The notes: generated from the letters alone by a model not told the origin. Positions 26,178 to 39,599 are shown, counted from the stretch's first letter. The stretch is 64,000 nt of DNA from Amoebophrya sp. A120 (GCA_905178155.1 CAJINV010000014.1:654116-718115), one strand, 5' to 3'. A program made the numbers and translations.

Positions 26178-26939
26178 CTATTTATCACAAGAAAAAGTGT
26201 ACACGTACACGGTTTCGCGTTTTTCCGAAAAAAATTTTTTGTTGCCTCCCACAAGAAGATCGCTTGTATCATTGAAAGCACTCGCTACGAAGCTAGCGAG
26301 GCTGGGAATCTGCCAGAGCTCGAGCATCTAGATCACACGCCCAAAGGGCCGCAAGCAAGGCCCAGGATAGCCGGGAAAGATAGACTCACTTAGCTTGCCG
26401 CCGTTCTTGGCCTCATCTCATAACTGCGACAACAGGGTCGAGATGGCCACCAGCTCTCGCTCTGGTATCTAGAGGCGGGCCGGCGGCGGCTCCTACACCC
26501 AACGGGCCAGGTTCTCCTGGCACCGGCGACGAAAGGCGCCCAGCAACGCGCCGCAACCATCAAAACCAGACCGGGGCCTCCTTTTGGAGAGGTAAATCGT
26601 CCATACCATGCAGTCTGGAGATGATGTACACGGTTTTTCTTGAGGGCAAGAAAATCCCCAGGAAAAGAGGCAAATTTTTCTGAATTTTGAGTGCGAAAAT
26701 CGCGCAACACCAAAAAACCGTGTGCATCGCATCTAGCCTGCATGGTATGATGGATGTACACGGTCCGCAAAGTGGTCAGGCCCGGGGACAAGCATTCTGA
26801 ACCGTGTACATCAACCATACCGCGCGGTCTGGATGCGATGTACACGGTTTTTTTGGGCTCGTTATAAATTTTGTTGCAATTTTGCCACTTTTGCTACTAG
26901 TCCGTGGTATCTTCGCCGAACAGTGTCGTCGTCGAGCTA
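26139..26939. repeat. Exact 42-bp direct repeat flanking a 717-bp insert with GATGTACACGG sub-repeats and a fold-back
   Basis: TAGTCCGTGGTATCTTCGCCGAACAGTGTCGTCGTCGAGCTA at 26139-26180 and 26898-26939; imperfect inverted repeat at about 26712-26764 vs 26801-26854. Confidence 0.85.
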
Positions 26940-27033
26940 GTATTTTTTGGGCGATCATGTTCGTTATCTCCGACGGTGGGGAGCAGATTCATACATAATA
27001 ATAGATGATTACCTCAGAAGAAACTTTGAATCT

Positions 27034-27983
27034 CTATTTTATAAAAGTAGCATTCATATTATCAAACACAGAACTAGCAAGTTTTTCTGAAAAAAATACA
27101 ACTCCTGGCCCGTGCTTGAAGGAAACGGCCTGCGCTATCCTGAGTAAAAACGTCCCCACTCCAGAGTTGTCATGCAAATGTGCAATGACAGGAACATTTG
27201 TAATGCACAGCTCCATGGGAGGAATTTCTCGTGGTGTTTTGGAAAAATTTGTAATGCTGTAGTAAGCAGAATGTGAAAATGGCTTTCTCATGCGGCTTCT
27301 CTTGCCAATTAGCACTACTACACTGCAGAGGAAAGCTTGTCATGCACAGCTTCCAAAACTTGGAGATTTGTGTTGCTAGATTCCACCCAACTTGACTATG
27401 GGGTGGGGACGTTTTTGCTTAGGATATGCGCTCTGTCATCCTGGACGATGTCCTGGACGATTTGCTGTTTTTGTTTCTGCTCCACCTGCTGCCGCGCAGC
27501 GGCCGATGAAGCAGCAGCTGCAACTTGAAGGGTCGACGTTGCAGCTGGTGCGCCCGCTTCTACGTGCTGGTCCACAACTACGTCTTCTTGAAATGCTGAT
27601 GCTGCGTCTCCAGGAGAGGCAACATGATTCTCGAAATCTTCTTCCATGATCTTATTTACAGGAACAACAACTTCTTCTTGCAGGAACTTCTGGGCTGCAA
27701 CTGTCCTTCTTTTACTGTGAAGAGCAGCATGCTGACCCCCGGCACCGCCTCCACCCGTAGTTGTCATGCTGGTGATGGCAATCTTCCGCCTCTTGGTCGC
27801 ACTTTTTCCTTCGCGCTTCTCCTTGTTGCGGGTTTTCTGTGCCGTGAAAGACAGGGCGTTCGCGAAAATTGTGCTGTTGTCAAGGTCTTGGCCGTTGATA
27901 TTAATACAACTACTTCCTAGAAATAGAAAGCGACAGTAGGAAGAACAGCAGGCTGAAAAAGACAATACCAAGAAGGTCAACAT
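27034..27983 (-). CDS. Signal-peptide-bearing exons, probable N-terminus of the Cys-rich surface protein
   Basis: MLTFLVLSFSACCSSYCRFLFLG...; QDDRA/QAVSFKHGPG joined across the 27136 element. Confidence 0.5.
27136..27426. mobile_element. Introner family C
   Basis: TSD TGCGC, frame restored. Confidence 0.9.
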
Positions 27984-30030
27984 CTTGTTTTCCAACAAAT
28001 TGAACTTACTCGCTCCCCGCCGCGCGGCTTGGTTCATGACCACCAACTCCGGCGGGAAACGAGAAAAGAAGAATTTCTTGTGGATAAACATCAATTTCTA
28101 ATTTTTCGAGGGGTCGTGGTAAAAAGAACAACCTTAACCTTTCGGGAACAAGATGGCGCTGGGGGTTTTTGTTGTTGGACGGAGGCGTACGATAGAAAAG
28201 TGATTTCTATTGATTTCCTCCGACGAAAGGACGACGACGAAACAATCAACGTGAGTTCTTTGTTCAGTGACGCGGCCTGCAAAACCGAAAAACTTCATGC
28301 TCATGACAACTTCTATTTGAACGACGCAGTAGTTTAGGAACGTACGACGTGCCATACTGGCTGTTCCGAGACCACTTAAGAGAACGAGAAGGACGAATAA
28401 ACAGAATCTGAGCGGCCGACGCCGGAAAGAACGCAAAATGAAAATTTGGTACATCAGTGACACTTATAATATTAGTTCTCAAAATGAATCGGACGACCAT
28501 GACAAATAACCGAAGACAGGAGCTGCACGAGTGACATGCACGTACTTGAGTAAGCACCTTCACGCAAATCTGCTGCTGCATAGCATAAGCATTTCTAGGT
28601 CGGTTTTCTTTTTCAAGCCGAGTAGAAAGCGAAGAAGAGGCCACACGACCAACGCCACGGTACGCAACACCGACGAGAATAAAGTGGAAATCTCTGTCTC
28701 ACGAATATAAAAGAGTCCTAGCATTCGTAAAAGTGCTTTTTTTTGACATGTACAAGCATGTTTCAACAACTACGCTCGAACAAGTTCAGCGGTTAGGAGG
28801 CGGCATACCATATTTTGCAGCGCCATCGCCTGTCGATGTGGTCTGATATTAAATCACGCCAAATAATTACAGACGAGAAGAGGCTTGCCAACTGGGCGGG
28901 TCAGCGCACTATTTTTATTAGAACCAGAACTGCAGGATCATCTACTCCAAGATTGCTTGTTATCTTCATCTTGTTCGCACATCTTTCATTATCTTTTCAC
29001 TTCGCTTACTTATCGTTTATTTCGTTAGTTTTAGTTTTACTGAAATATATGCCAATCAGTTCTTCTAAACGCTGCTCAACGCGAGAAGCAAATAGAAATT
29101 GATGACGCGCAGATGATCTTCACGACACAATCTGATTGGGAAATGCAAATTAGACTTTGGCTTTGCCATTGTTGGGGTTTTGTGTATTCTGGGAAAAACC
29201 AAATAATCTTCGCACGAAGTGCAAGAGCACCTTCTAGCTCGTCTCTGTGTCCAAGGGACAAGGCGTTCTGGGGTGGCCTTGTTGCAGCTGCGAGCTGCCG
29301 GGCGGGGGGCACTGCCACTGCAATACCAACACAACAGAGGCGCCGATAACTAATCTTTGGTCTTGTATCTTATCGTACGTATCGTCCGAAGCGGAATGCT
29401 GTGGACGCGGATTGTCGCTAGGTGTGGGCGGCTTTTTTTAAGACCGGCTAAGTACTCAGATGTATCATCGACGAGAGGCGCTAATGCTATAATTCGTTGT
29501 TCTTTTACTTTTGTTCACGACCTTACTATTCGTTTTTTACTTTTATGCTTTTGCTTATCCCACTTATTTTCAATAAGTTCTGGGAGCAGTCGTAGCAAGA
29601 AGGAGCTACTTCCTTTTCATTCTTTTACGCCGAGATGAACGGCGCCGCTTCAGTTTCCAGATATCCTTTCTTTCAACAAATAGATACGAAGCCAGAGTCT
29701 TACGAAGTACGTCCTCCATGATGTTACCCAAAAACTTTGAGCACCGCCAGTTTTTTTTTTTCTTTTTGTTTTTTCATCATGCTAGGAAATATAACTACTT
29801 GCAGTAGAAGCGACCACTGCGACGACGACCGTAGTTCCATGCATCTGAAATCGGCACTACCAGAAGGTCAAGGAAGCGGCTTGAATGATGTTGGTCCGCT
29901 GGCCTGCTGGTGTTGCACAGAGCTGCACGAACAACAGCTTCGATGAACTTCAGGATTCTAGTCATCGATCTTGCATATTCGAACTTTACCGTTCGCATCG
30001 GCATCTTCCTCGATCGCTGTTTATAATATT

Positions 30031-33000
30031 TTACAAAAGTAAAATATCCTTCATGTCATCCGGTAACACGCCGTCCGGCCCCTTCATCTCATCGGGTAAC
30101 ACGCCATCCGGGCCCTTCTCCTCTTGATCCATCATATGCTGGTCGTGAAGAACTTCTTGGTGGCCAGCATAATTGCAGGTTGTACTAGGCATATTAGGCT
30201 GCTGGTCGTGTTGCTGCTGCTGATGTGCTCCACCGCCGCCACCGTCGTGGTGCATGTGTTGGTCTACATCTTGGTGCTGCTGCCCGCCTGGTGCAGCCGC
30301 TCCGGAGGAAGATGGCGAAAAGGATTGCAGGTGTTTCTCCTCGATTCTGATATCCACGTGATCGTCGACAAAGACCAAGTGCATCCTGAGCAAAAACGTC
30401 CCCACCCCATAGTCAAGATGGGAAACCTGCTAGAGAAATCAGCCAGCTTTGGTTGTTGTGCATGACAGGTTTGGCCTCGTAGTGCAATCCTGTTTAGCTT
30501 GTTCAGCGGCATCACAGATCTAGCCTATTATGCTGATTGGAGCATCACAAATCCCAAAGAACGACTAGAAAATACTTCTCATGGGACTCCGCATGAGAAA
30601 CATGATTTTTCTCAGCATGCAGAGTTGCATTACAACTATGGCGTGGGGACGTTTTTACATAGGATAAAGTGCTCCAACACGTCCGTGAACAGAACTAACT
30701 GCTTCTTCAACGTGTCAAGACTCGGCTTCACGATAAACTTCACGTTTTTCTGTCGACTATGCACTGCAAAAAGTAGTACCGTACCCATAGTCGTACCTAC
30801 TAGTTGCGAATTAATAGAGAAATCTATTTTCTCTAGCTAAATCCAGGATGACACATAGATTTTCTCATGCTGAACATATACTCCCAGTGTACGATACAAC
30901 TTTTGTACAATTGCATATCGGCACCCTTCTGACAACCGTTCCTCCGTGACCCGGTGCAGCGCCTCGCGATCCGCGCGGCCGTCCCCCAGCGCAAGCACAT
31001 TTTTCCACCGCTGATTCGGATACCGGGAGTAGAACGCCTCGATTACCTTTTATTGAAAAATTGTTGAACAACAATATTTCTCAAGAAGAAAATAAAGAAC
31101 AACCGACAGCTGCGCAGTTCCAGTTGCATCGAGGTCTTTTTATCGCCGCGAAGCGAATTAGAACCACAGGAGTTCTTGTATAAATCAACAGCAGAATGTC
31201 GGCGCCCTAAACTAACCCTGAAATCTCAAAAGTGAAAGTACTATACCTCCTTAAACGCGTGGGTTTTCCACCCCGCGGGGCTTTCCACACCTTTCGGCTC
31301 AAAAGTGCTCCTTGCCGATATCACGGTCATCGAAGACAGCAGCGGCAGCAACGTGGGGAGCCACTTTCGGCAGGACACCTGGGTCCACCCGGTTTCCGCG
31401 TTGGTGATGATGACCACGCGGCCGAACCGCAGCGCGGTGCGGATGCAGTTCTCGCCGATCTTGGCCAGCTCGTACAGGTTATCCTGTGCAAAAGTATCGT
31501 ACTCGTACTGATTGCGTTTATGCATTACAAATATTTTTGCTAAGGCAAATCGGCATTACAGATTCAATTTGTAATGCCAAGTCAATTTGTAATGCAACTT
31601 ATACTAGTACGATACTTTTGCAGTTCATACAGGTTTTCCTGCATCTCCTCCCCAACCGACTTCTCCTTCACGTGCCCCGTTTTCGGGTCGATCTCCCGGT
31701 GGGGGAACCGGGCCGCGAGCTTGTCGAAGTCCGCGTTGGGGTCGTTCACCAGCAGGCCGCATGACTTAACATAGTAGCTGGGACACAGGGTATCGTCCCA
31801 GTCAAAGATGATAATCGTCTGGTCGGGATTGCTGTACTCCGCCTGCGACCCGGTGGTCATCTCGGAGTAGGTCCGCGTATTCCTCGTGGTCGCGTGGGAG
31901 CCCACGGTCACCTCCGAGAACGTGCGGGTGGTTCGCTGGTTCGCGGAGTGGATGGTCTGCGAGAACATGTTCTGCGAAATGGAAGCGGTTGTTGTTCCCC
32001 CACCTCCAGGGTAGAAGTTGCTGCTGGTTGCACTTCCCATGTTCAAGAACGAGGACGCGCCACCTGCTCCACCAGCACTGTGCGAGCTGTTCGGGTAGGA
32101 GATACTATGCGCCGGCCCCAAATGGCCGCCCGAGTTCGACGAAAGCGCGCTGCTCTGCGAGAGCGTGCGGTCGCGGGACGAGAGCGGCAGGTTGGCATTC
32201 ATCGGGTAATTGTGAAACTGCGACTGCAGTTGTTCCTGCTGCTGATTACTAAGATTTTCATTTCCCGGCTTGTTCGCTGTTGTCGTCCCGTTCGAAGTCG
32301 GGACCGTACCAGCTCCAGGAACTCCTTCTACCAGCTGTCCGGTGTAGCTACTGTCAGCAGAAAGTTCCTCTGCCATCATTGCAGCTGCGGTGTTGATGTT
32401 ACAGTTATTTGTGCCAGCATGGTGTTGGCCAAGAACATTATTGATATTGCCCTTGATTATTTCTGCTGTAGGTGTCGCCCCCGGGTCGTCGTGCTTCTGA
32501 AAGTCATTGCGGCCTCCTGCTGCCGCGCTCATTGGCTGTTGCTGCTGCGCAACACCTCCTGCCTGATTGTTGCTTATTGCGGTATTGTTCGTCGAGCCAT
32601 TTATTTGCCTTTGCGGTTGTTCACCACCGTGCTGATGGTGCGCGGCCCCGGAAGGTGGTGATGGCGCCCCTCCCACTCCGCTGCTGTTGCTGTGATATCC
32701 CCTGCAAAAGTACTATCGTAGCCGTATCGAAATAAATTGCAATTTCGCATGACCGAAGAAGAAGAACATCCTGGTCTATTTCTTTGCAACTCCATGGCGA
32801 TTCGCGTTCGTATCACAAAAACTATACTACTGCGATAAACTTTTGCATTGCGTATGCTGCTCATCCAGTTGATAGGGGGTACTGGAACAGAGGTATGCAA
32901 TGGGTACTCGAAATTTTCAGCCAGCGCACCGTCGAGCATGGAATCTATGTCGGCCGGGGGTAGCTGGACGAGGGATTTTGTTGTACCGGTATCGCAGCAA

Positions 33001-36000
33001 AAAACTGCAACAGTCTTTACTTCAACGGCAACGCCATCTTGTATTAACATTAAGCACTTACAATTCCGAAACAAGTACTGCAGTTTCTTCATACGTAAAC
33101 TTTCTTTTTCTACTGCCATCATGCTCTGTATGTGGAGAACGAGGTCGGCAGTAAAATTATGCATTGGTTTTCCATTTCCTATTCAGCGCACCATGACAAG
33201 TACCGTGTGGCGTCCCATGCAAACTTTCTCTGTTGCAGCTGCGTTGAAGTTCGACTGTCACGATACGGCTTCACTTGATACGGAGAGAAAGCTGTTGGTG
33301 GAGATGTTGGTGCTCCACCGGACGTTTTGGTTGCATCTGCTCCGTCGTGTCTATTCTCGGGCAAGGCGCCGGTATTCATTGCAGTGTTCCCAGCCTGCTG
33401 CGGAAGCTCCTGGGATGACGCGATTGATTGCGTCGTGACCCGCAGTCCCTCGGTCGTCACGCTCAGAAAACCTGTTTTGCAAAATGACCGGTGATGGCTG
33501 TCTTTCCCTTAGTTCGAACCATAGGAATAGTACCTCAAAAACGCAAAAAAATAGACTCAAAAGCTTGTTTCTTATATACGTGTGCAGCTATCAGATGATG
33601 CAGAAGCAGAACTAGTAGAAAATTATCATCGCTACGTGGCGCCCCGTCTTGCTGAAGCTGGTTCAGGCCGAACATATTGGCGCTGTAAGGTGAAGAGGGA
33701 CCACCAGGACCACCGGTCGTACTACTTGTCGCGCCGGCGGCCGTCGCGCCAACGTCAACGGTCGTGTGCATGGTGTGGCTGTAGGAGTGCTGCACGACCG
33801 GTGGGGCAGTGCCACCACCACCAGGAGCTCGAAAGTTTTGGACGTCGGACGTGTAGTTGATGCTCATATCCTTATGCCCAGCGCCGTCGCCCATAGAGGT
33901 GGTGTATGAACTGCAAAAGTTAAAGTATCGTATTCGTATAAATGCATTACAAATTTCCTCAGCATGAGAAATAAAATTTGTAATGCGAATTTACCTTAAG
34001 AAAAAGATTTGTAATGCATGATTGCAATACGAGTACGATGCTTTTGCACAGGATATGGTGGTTTCGAGCACCATTTGGATTTCGACCTTTTCCTTGAACC
34101 GCTGTTTGTCGTAATATCCTGTGTAAAAACGTCCCCACACCAGAGTCAAGATGAGGATCTCGCAACACAAATCGAGAAGTTTTGGGGGTCCAGCATGACA
34201 AGTTCGTCTAGGTATTGTAGTGCAGTTTAGCAAGCACAGCCGCAACACAAATCCATCTGCTCATCCTGTCGACAGCATTGCAAAGCGCAAAACGTGAGAT
34301 TGGAAATGCCTCTCATGTGTATGCGCATTACAAATCTTCCTGTAGCTGCAAATCTGCATGACAACTCTGGGGTGGGTACATTTTTGCTCAGGATACGTAG
34401 TTTGCGTCGTTCATCGCTTCATCCGCCCACGGGTTGCCGTCCACCGAAAGCTATGCATAGCAAAAAAATCATGGTACTAGTACTGGCGCCTCATGCGGAA
34501 ATTGCAAATGTAATCACATCACATCACTGATCTCTGTACTTATAACGCTTTCCTTTTCTCCTGAAGAAGCGAGAATTTTTGTCAACATGCTCCAGCACAG
34601 CTGCAAGAACATCAATCGCTAGTACCAGTAGGATCGTCATGCTTTTGCCGTGGATAAAAACGCGCGGCGGTGGGACCGGGACCGTCGGGGCTGTATCTCG
34701 TCGTCGCTCATCAGCTGCATCCTCTCCGGCATGGGGAGTCGGTTGGGGTGCTGTGCCTGACCGGAGGTGGACTGGTTGCTCACAAGACTCCCGAGCGAAA
34801 GCCTGGCGTCTGAAGAGTTCATGGAATCGATCGACATCGTCCTGTCACCATCGAAGGAGGTTATCAACATCTCCCGATCAAGTTGTTGATGCTCATGTAG
34901 GGGGCTTGTTATTATATCACGACCTTGTTGGCTATGATAATCTAGTAGTACTTCCCTCCGTTTACTACTTTCATCTTCGCCAGCATGTAGTTCTACTTGC
35001 ACGCCCTGGCCCATCTCCTTCTGCACGTTACTCCTACTTGGCCTGGCCGGCGGCGAAAATAAGGAGGATGCGTTGCTGGTCGCGGGGGCACAGTTACTAG
35101 TATTATTGCCCGAGGACATGTTGACATTCGACGAAAAGAGTGCGCTGCTGTTGTTCTGTGGTATTGGTAAAAATCCTTCTTCTCGATGATCGAGGACAAC
35201 ATGCTGTTGATTTCTCGCGTCTGTCTCTTCATCCTGTATGTTGCCAAACCGACTCGCCGTGCGGGGCGTAAACCGGTCGGGCGCGTCTGGAAAGGGGGAA
35301 AGGTCGGTGCCTAAATTCAACTGAAGGTGAGAGCTATCAACTGTAAAAATGTCTGGGTCTGGAAGAGTTCATGTTTGTCATGCTTGTCTGGCATGACTCT
35401 TAAATCTGTCATGCACGTTACCCAAAAGCTCCGCTTTTCTGTGATGCAGAAACGCACTTTGTCATGCAGAATAGGCAAGAACACCTAGGAGCTCAGAAAC
35501 TTGTCATGCTGAGCCAGCATTTGTAGCGTCATCATGAGACGCCACCCAGCATCACAAGTTTCCAAACCCAGACATTTTTACTTTTGATAAGAGCGACCCT
35601 GTTGTTGGTACTGTTGCTCCAGTATGCAGGACAAGAGCGATTATATCGCATTGGTGATGCAGAAAATGAATGACGTGTGCGCTTCTTAAGGTGAGCGGGA
35701 AAAATCCTCTCGCATACTATTGAGCAATCCTGAAGGTAAGAATATCTGCAAACAAGATGAATCTCATCTGCACACCGGGTGACGTTTCACCGCCCGTTTT
35801 AGCAGTGACCGGCCACCTAGTGGGAGTTTGCCTTTGGCGCCTCCTCTTGCCGCAAGCATTCAAGGACTAGTGCCACTACCTCCTCATCCGTGGCTCATGT
35901 CCTAACCTCCGACCAACCACCTGGCCACCCCTTCTCCTCCGGTGGTCGCCAGGTGTCGAACAGGACTACCTAATAACCGGCCTAAGCCTGGCCGCTGTAC

Positions 36001-37350
36001 CCAAGGGCACTGCAGGTATACGAGATCCTCCAAGCGCCGTGATGCAGAAAATGAAAAAGTAACACGCGATCTGAATTTTTCTGTGAGTACAACATTCAGG
36101 TTGTAACCAAGATTTTTGCAATTTTTCAATTTTCATACTTACCACTGCGATACAATACAACCATTGCGCAGCATATCGAGCAGCATCATATTCTCCTGGT
36201 GCGCGTCCGCGTTCTCCTCTTGGATAGGGGTCATCATGATGTGGTCGGTATGCAGCCGCGGAGTGGAGCCACTGGAGTGGATTTGCAAGGAAGCTGTGTG
36301 CTGCAACATCGCCGGGCTTGTTGCATTGGTTGATGTTGTAAAGTTCGCATTGTGATGCAACACCGGGCTCACTTCTTGGCTAAACAGCGGCAGCTGCTGT
36401 CCTAATTCGTTTGTTGTGATTTTTGGCACGACCATAGCAGACGAAGTACTAGACGCGGAGGTTGGTATTTGAGGATTCCGGCCCGCAGCGTGGTCTGCGG
36501 CTGTGTCAGTTATTTCGATTTCCACGCTCATATCGTCTCCCGGAGATACTGCAGCTGTATTGCCTCCCGCGGTAGTCACGACGGCTACTCTCTGTGCAGC
36601 GGGTACTTCTATATTCCCAACAGGCCCAGGTGGTCCTCCGAAGCTGCCAGAATTCATCTGGTGGACTACATTAGTCTTGCTATTGCTAGCTTGGCTGAGC
36701 GCAGTACAAATGCTGGCTCCATCTTCATTTCCGTCGCTCATTCTTCCTGCTCCACTCGTGGTTCCGGTCTGTTGTCCTTGCTGCTGCTGCGTCGGGAGTC
36801 CGCCTCCTCCAGCAACATTGTAACTCGTCCCTGAAGCTGCAAAAAGCGCACCCCCTCCACCGCCAAAAATGCCTGGGTGCGGCGCCGGGAGGTGCTCCCC
36901 CCAGTGAATACTGATCACCCCGTCGATCGCGCGGCCCAGGTCGCCCCGGGAGGTGTGGTCTTCAACGACGGTACTGGTGTTCATCTGTCGTGGTCTGGTC
37001 TCTTGTTCGTGCCCAGCAGGTAAAACGGAGGCTTGATCATGCACAACTTGATCACTGCTCCGGCCTACAGCTACAGGAGCACCCATACTGATACTGTTGT
37101 TCATGTGCGAGGCGAGTCTTTGGTCCGCAACGTGGGTCAACATCGCAGCATTGCCGTTATTCATACGGCTCCCGAAGTGCGACGCCAGATTTGCCGCGGC
37201 CGACGGCGCGTTAGCCCCTGCTGATTTGGGAACTTTCTTGTCCTCTACTATTCCGCTGATCGACATTCCAGCCGACTGCTGCTCCGCCCCAAGTAGAATA
37301 GCCTGGTGCTCCCGGCCAAGTGTTTGAATGGGCACTGGGCCTACACTCAT
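30031..37350 (-). CDS. HAD-superfamily (DWDDT-type) hydrolase-like protein with a very long low-complexity N-terminus
   Basis: Spliced motifs IIIFDWDDTLCPS (motif I), VVIITNAETGW (motif II), WKTHAF (Lys) and KNVLALGDGRADREA (motif IV). Junctions at about 33470-33570 and 35620-36140 are unresolved. Confidence 0.8.
30382..30666. mobile_element. Introner family C
   Basis: TSD AAGTG, frame restored. Confidence 0.9.
30758..30917. mobile_element. Introner family B, diverged
   Basis: TSD TCGAC/TCGGC, frame restored. Confidence 0.8.
31047..31246 (-). other. Canonical GT-AG intron
   Basis: GAG/gtatag...taaaag/GTA joins WKTHAFKE to VIEAFYSRYPNQRWKN. Confidence 0.85.
31480..31629. mobile_element. Introner family B
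   Basis: TSD CAGGT, frame restored. Confidence 0.9.
32696..32854. mobile_element. Introner family B, diverged
   Basis: TIR visible, TSD eroded; removing element + 5 nt keeps frame. Confidence 0.7.
32990..33265. mobile_element. Highly degenerate introner
   Basis: tatcg...ctgcaacag / ctgttgcag...cgata; removing element + 5 nt keeps frame. Confidence 0.4.
33905..34055. mobile_element. Introner family B
   Basis: TSD TGGTG, frame restored. Confidence 0.9.
34115..34395. mobile_element. Introner family C
   Basis: TSD CGTAA/CGTAG, frame restored. Confidence 0.88.
34452..34656. mobile_element. Introner family B, diverged
   Basis: TSD AAAGC/AAAAC, frame restored (HRRAF/SVDGNPW). Confidence 0.75.
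35335..35589. mobile_element. Introner family A (reverse complement of the 19363 copy)
   Basis: TSD AGAGC, frame restored. Confidence 0.9.
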
Positions 37351-39227
37351 CGACGGCGACGGAAACCAAGGCGTTTCTTTGTTTAAAAATTATGTGCAAC
37401 TTACAACAGGAGCAGGAACACGCGGCACTAGCTTGAGGCACACAAATCGAAGTCGTGAGTCGTGCTCGGGGTGTCGTGTCGTGGCTCGTCTCTGATACTG
37501 TATGTGACGAAGAAACTAGTTGCACTGCCCAGCTTCGCAGCTCGAGTGGTGCCGCCTTCGCGTCATGCACGCTACCTCGTCCCACCTCTATCAAGGTGAC
37601 GATTTTGCTTTTGGTTTTGGTCGTCCTCGCGGCATAGTGCTCGCCGATCAGCGATCAACTACCGGCATGTGAGCGGGCTTGACCTTCTATCTTGTTGCCA
37701 CTGCTACGTAGACCCGAAACAAGCAACCCACCCGCTATGCTATCGCGTCATTTCTCGTCGCTCGGCAGCGGACAGCGCATCTTTGTCCTACAAGAAAATG
37801 AAAAACACAAAACTGACCGAGTCCTCTTGAAATAAGGAGCCTACCACGGAAAGGGGTGATCCCTTAAGTAGATGTTTAAATATTGCTTTGTTGGTTGCAG
37901 CTACAAACTGGAAAAACAGACATAACAATCACACGAGCGGTTAGTGGGTACTATCGATATGATGAATTCTATCTAAAGATACACATACATGTGGGGGTGC
38001 TGGGAAATCTATGTTTAGGAGCAAGTTCGGGGAGAAAATACGCGATTTGCTGATAAAAATCCGATTTGCTGATGAAAATCATAGCTCACTCCAGCGACAC
38101 TACTTGTGACAGAATGGCACAACGTGGGAGTTTTGACTGATGCGAATAATGCTAATGAGACACATATGACAAAAGCATTGGAGGGTGGTCCTGAAAAGGG
38201 ATAGTGAATGACTCACCGCGACATCCTGATCTGTGCTTGGTCTTGGCTGCTTTTGTTATCCATCTTCAACTTCTACTTGCTTCTAAGGAGCCCGCCGTCT
38301 CTACTAGCTTTTTTGCGCTTGTGTTGCACTAAGATCGATGGATCTGTTCTCGCCAAGTAGCCCAAGAACTGGTGTCCCGAGTACAGCTAGACAGCCACAT
38401 CTTCATCTGGTCCGATCTCTCCTTCAGTTTGTGCGCTGAAACAAATAAGTAAATGCTGCCGAGCGTAGTTTACTCTTGCTGACAGTGGAAGAACCGATGA
38501 TCTTTTGGCTCACTTTTGTAAAGACCATCCGAGTGTCAGTTTGCAGTGAGGCGGTACAACCTAGAGATTGGGCTATCGGTGGAACTGGATGAACCTCATT
38601 GCTCGCATAGGGACAACAACGAGTACGAGAATAGCTTTTCTATTTTTGTTAAGCCTAGGAATGGCAGACATAGCTGTGACCCGCACATACGACAGCACTT
38701 GTCCATCAGAAAGGTTATTCAGGACAATACTATCTTGATCTTTTCAATCGGTGTATGCCTATCTCCTGGTCGCCCAACAATACCGTGACGACAGGACGAT
38801 CTCACTCATGATGTTCTATCTTCTAGGTACATGGAAATGCTTGTTCTGAAGATCCACTACTCTTCATGAAAATTCTATGTCGTTCACGAAGATGCTTAAA
38901 AAACAAAAAGCCACCAGAAGATCCATGTGATCGCGTCGTGCGACAGTAAGCCATGCAATATTTCACTGTCCGACGTTTAATGGGCTAGCCAACAATTTTG
39001 CGATCGTACAAACGACCACTACGATCAGATCCTGAGTCTGTCTGGTACCAACCTTCAGTCGGGCGGTATACGCTCGTAAATCCAATTTCGAACTCTTGAT
39101 GGTGCAAAATAAATTCGGAAATGAAACAAAACGGGGCGATCTTTGCGTAGCGCGCAGCTCATGCTCTTCGTTCAGACAACAAGCCCTTCACACCAGCACC
39201 ATTCTTGGTTCCTTAGCGTGCATGATG

Positions 39228-39374
39228 TGCTTGAAATACGAATTTACTAAAAGGGATCTGTGCTTGAAATACGAATTTACTAAAGAGTTGCTTGAAAAGT
39301 AATTACCATATAGAACTGTCTTTGCTTGATAAATCGATCTAAAAACGTTTTGCTTGAAATACGAATTTACTAAA
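39228..39374. repeat. Intergenic minisatellite, 5 units of 28-34 bp
   Basis: TGCTTGAAATACGAATTTACTAAA exact at 39228, 39261 and 39351; degenerate at 39289 and 39323. Confidence 0.85.
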
Positions 39375-39599
39375 GTGTGCTACACGAGAAACCAAGACGA
39401 GAAAAGGACGCAGCTGTGAAAACTCAGACGCAGTGTGGAAGAGGTACATTGGTGACATAACCTAACGATTTCTGGTATTTAGATAACTGCTGTAATTGTC
39501 CGAAAGGTGAACGCTGCTGCTACAACTGCTACAGTCGCTCTCAATTTTTTTCCATCTTAATTTTGTGTTCGAGCCTTACTATTGTACATTACAAACAAA

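Noticed and set aside
31205-31223. Telomere-like CCCTAAA
   Set aside because: A single unit inside a canonical intron.
37900-39100. Possible decayed retroelement or transposase in the long intergenic region
   Set aside because: Frames are stop-ridden and I recognise no RT, integrase or DDE motifs.
39228-39374. CRISPR-like repeat array
   Set aside because: The spacers are only a few bases or are degenerate repeat copies; no cas genes; eukaryotic context.
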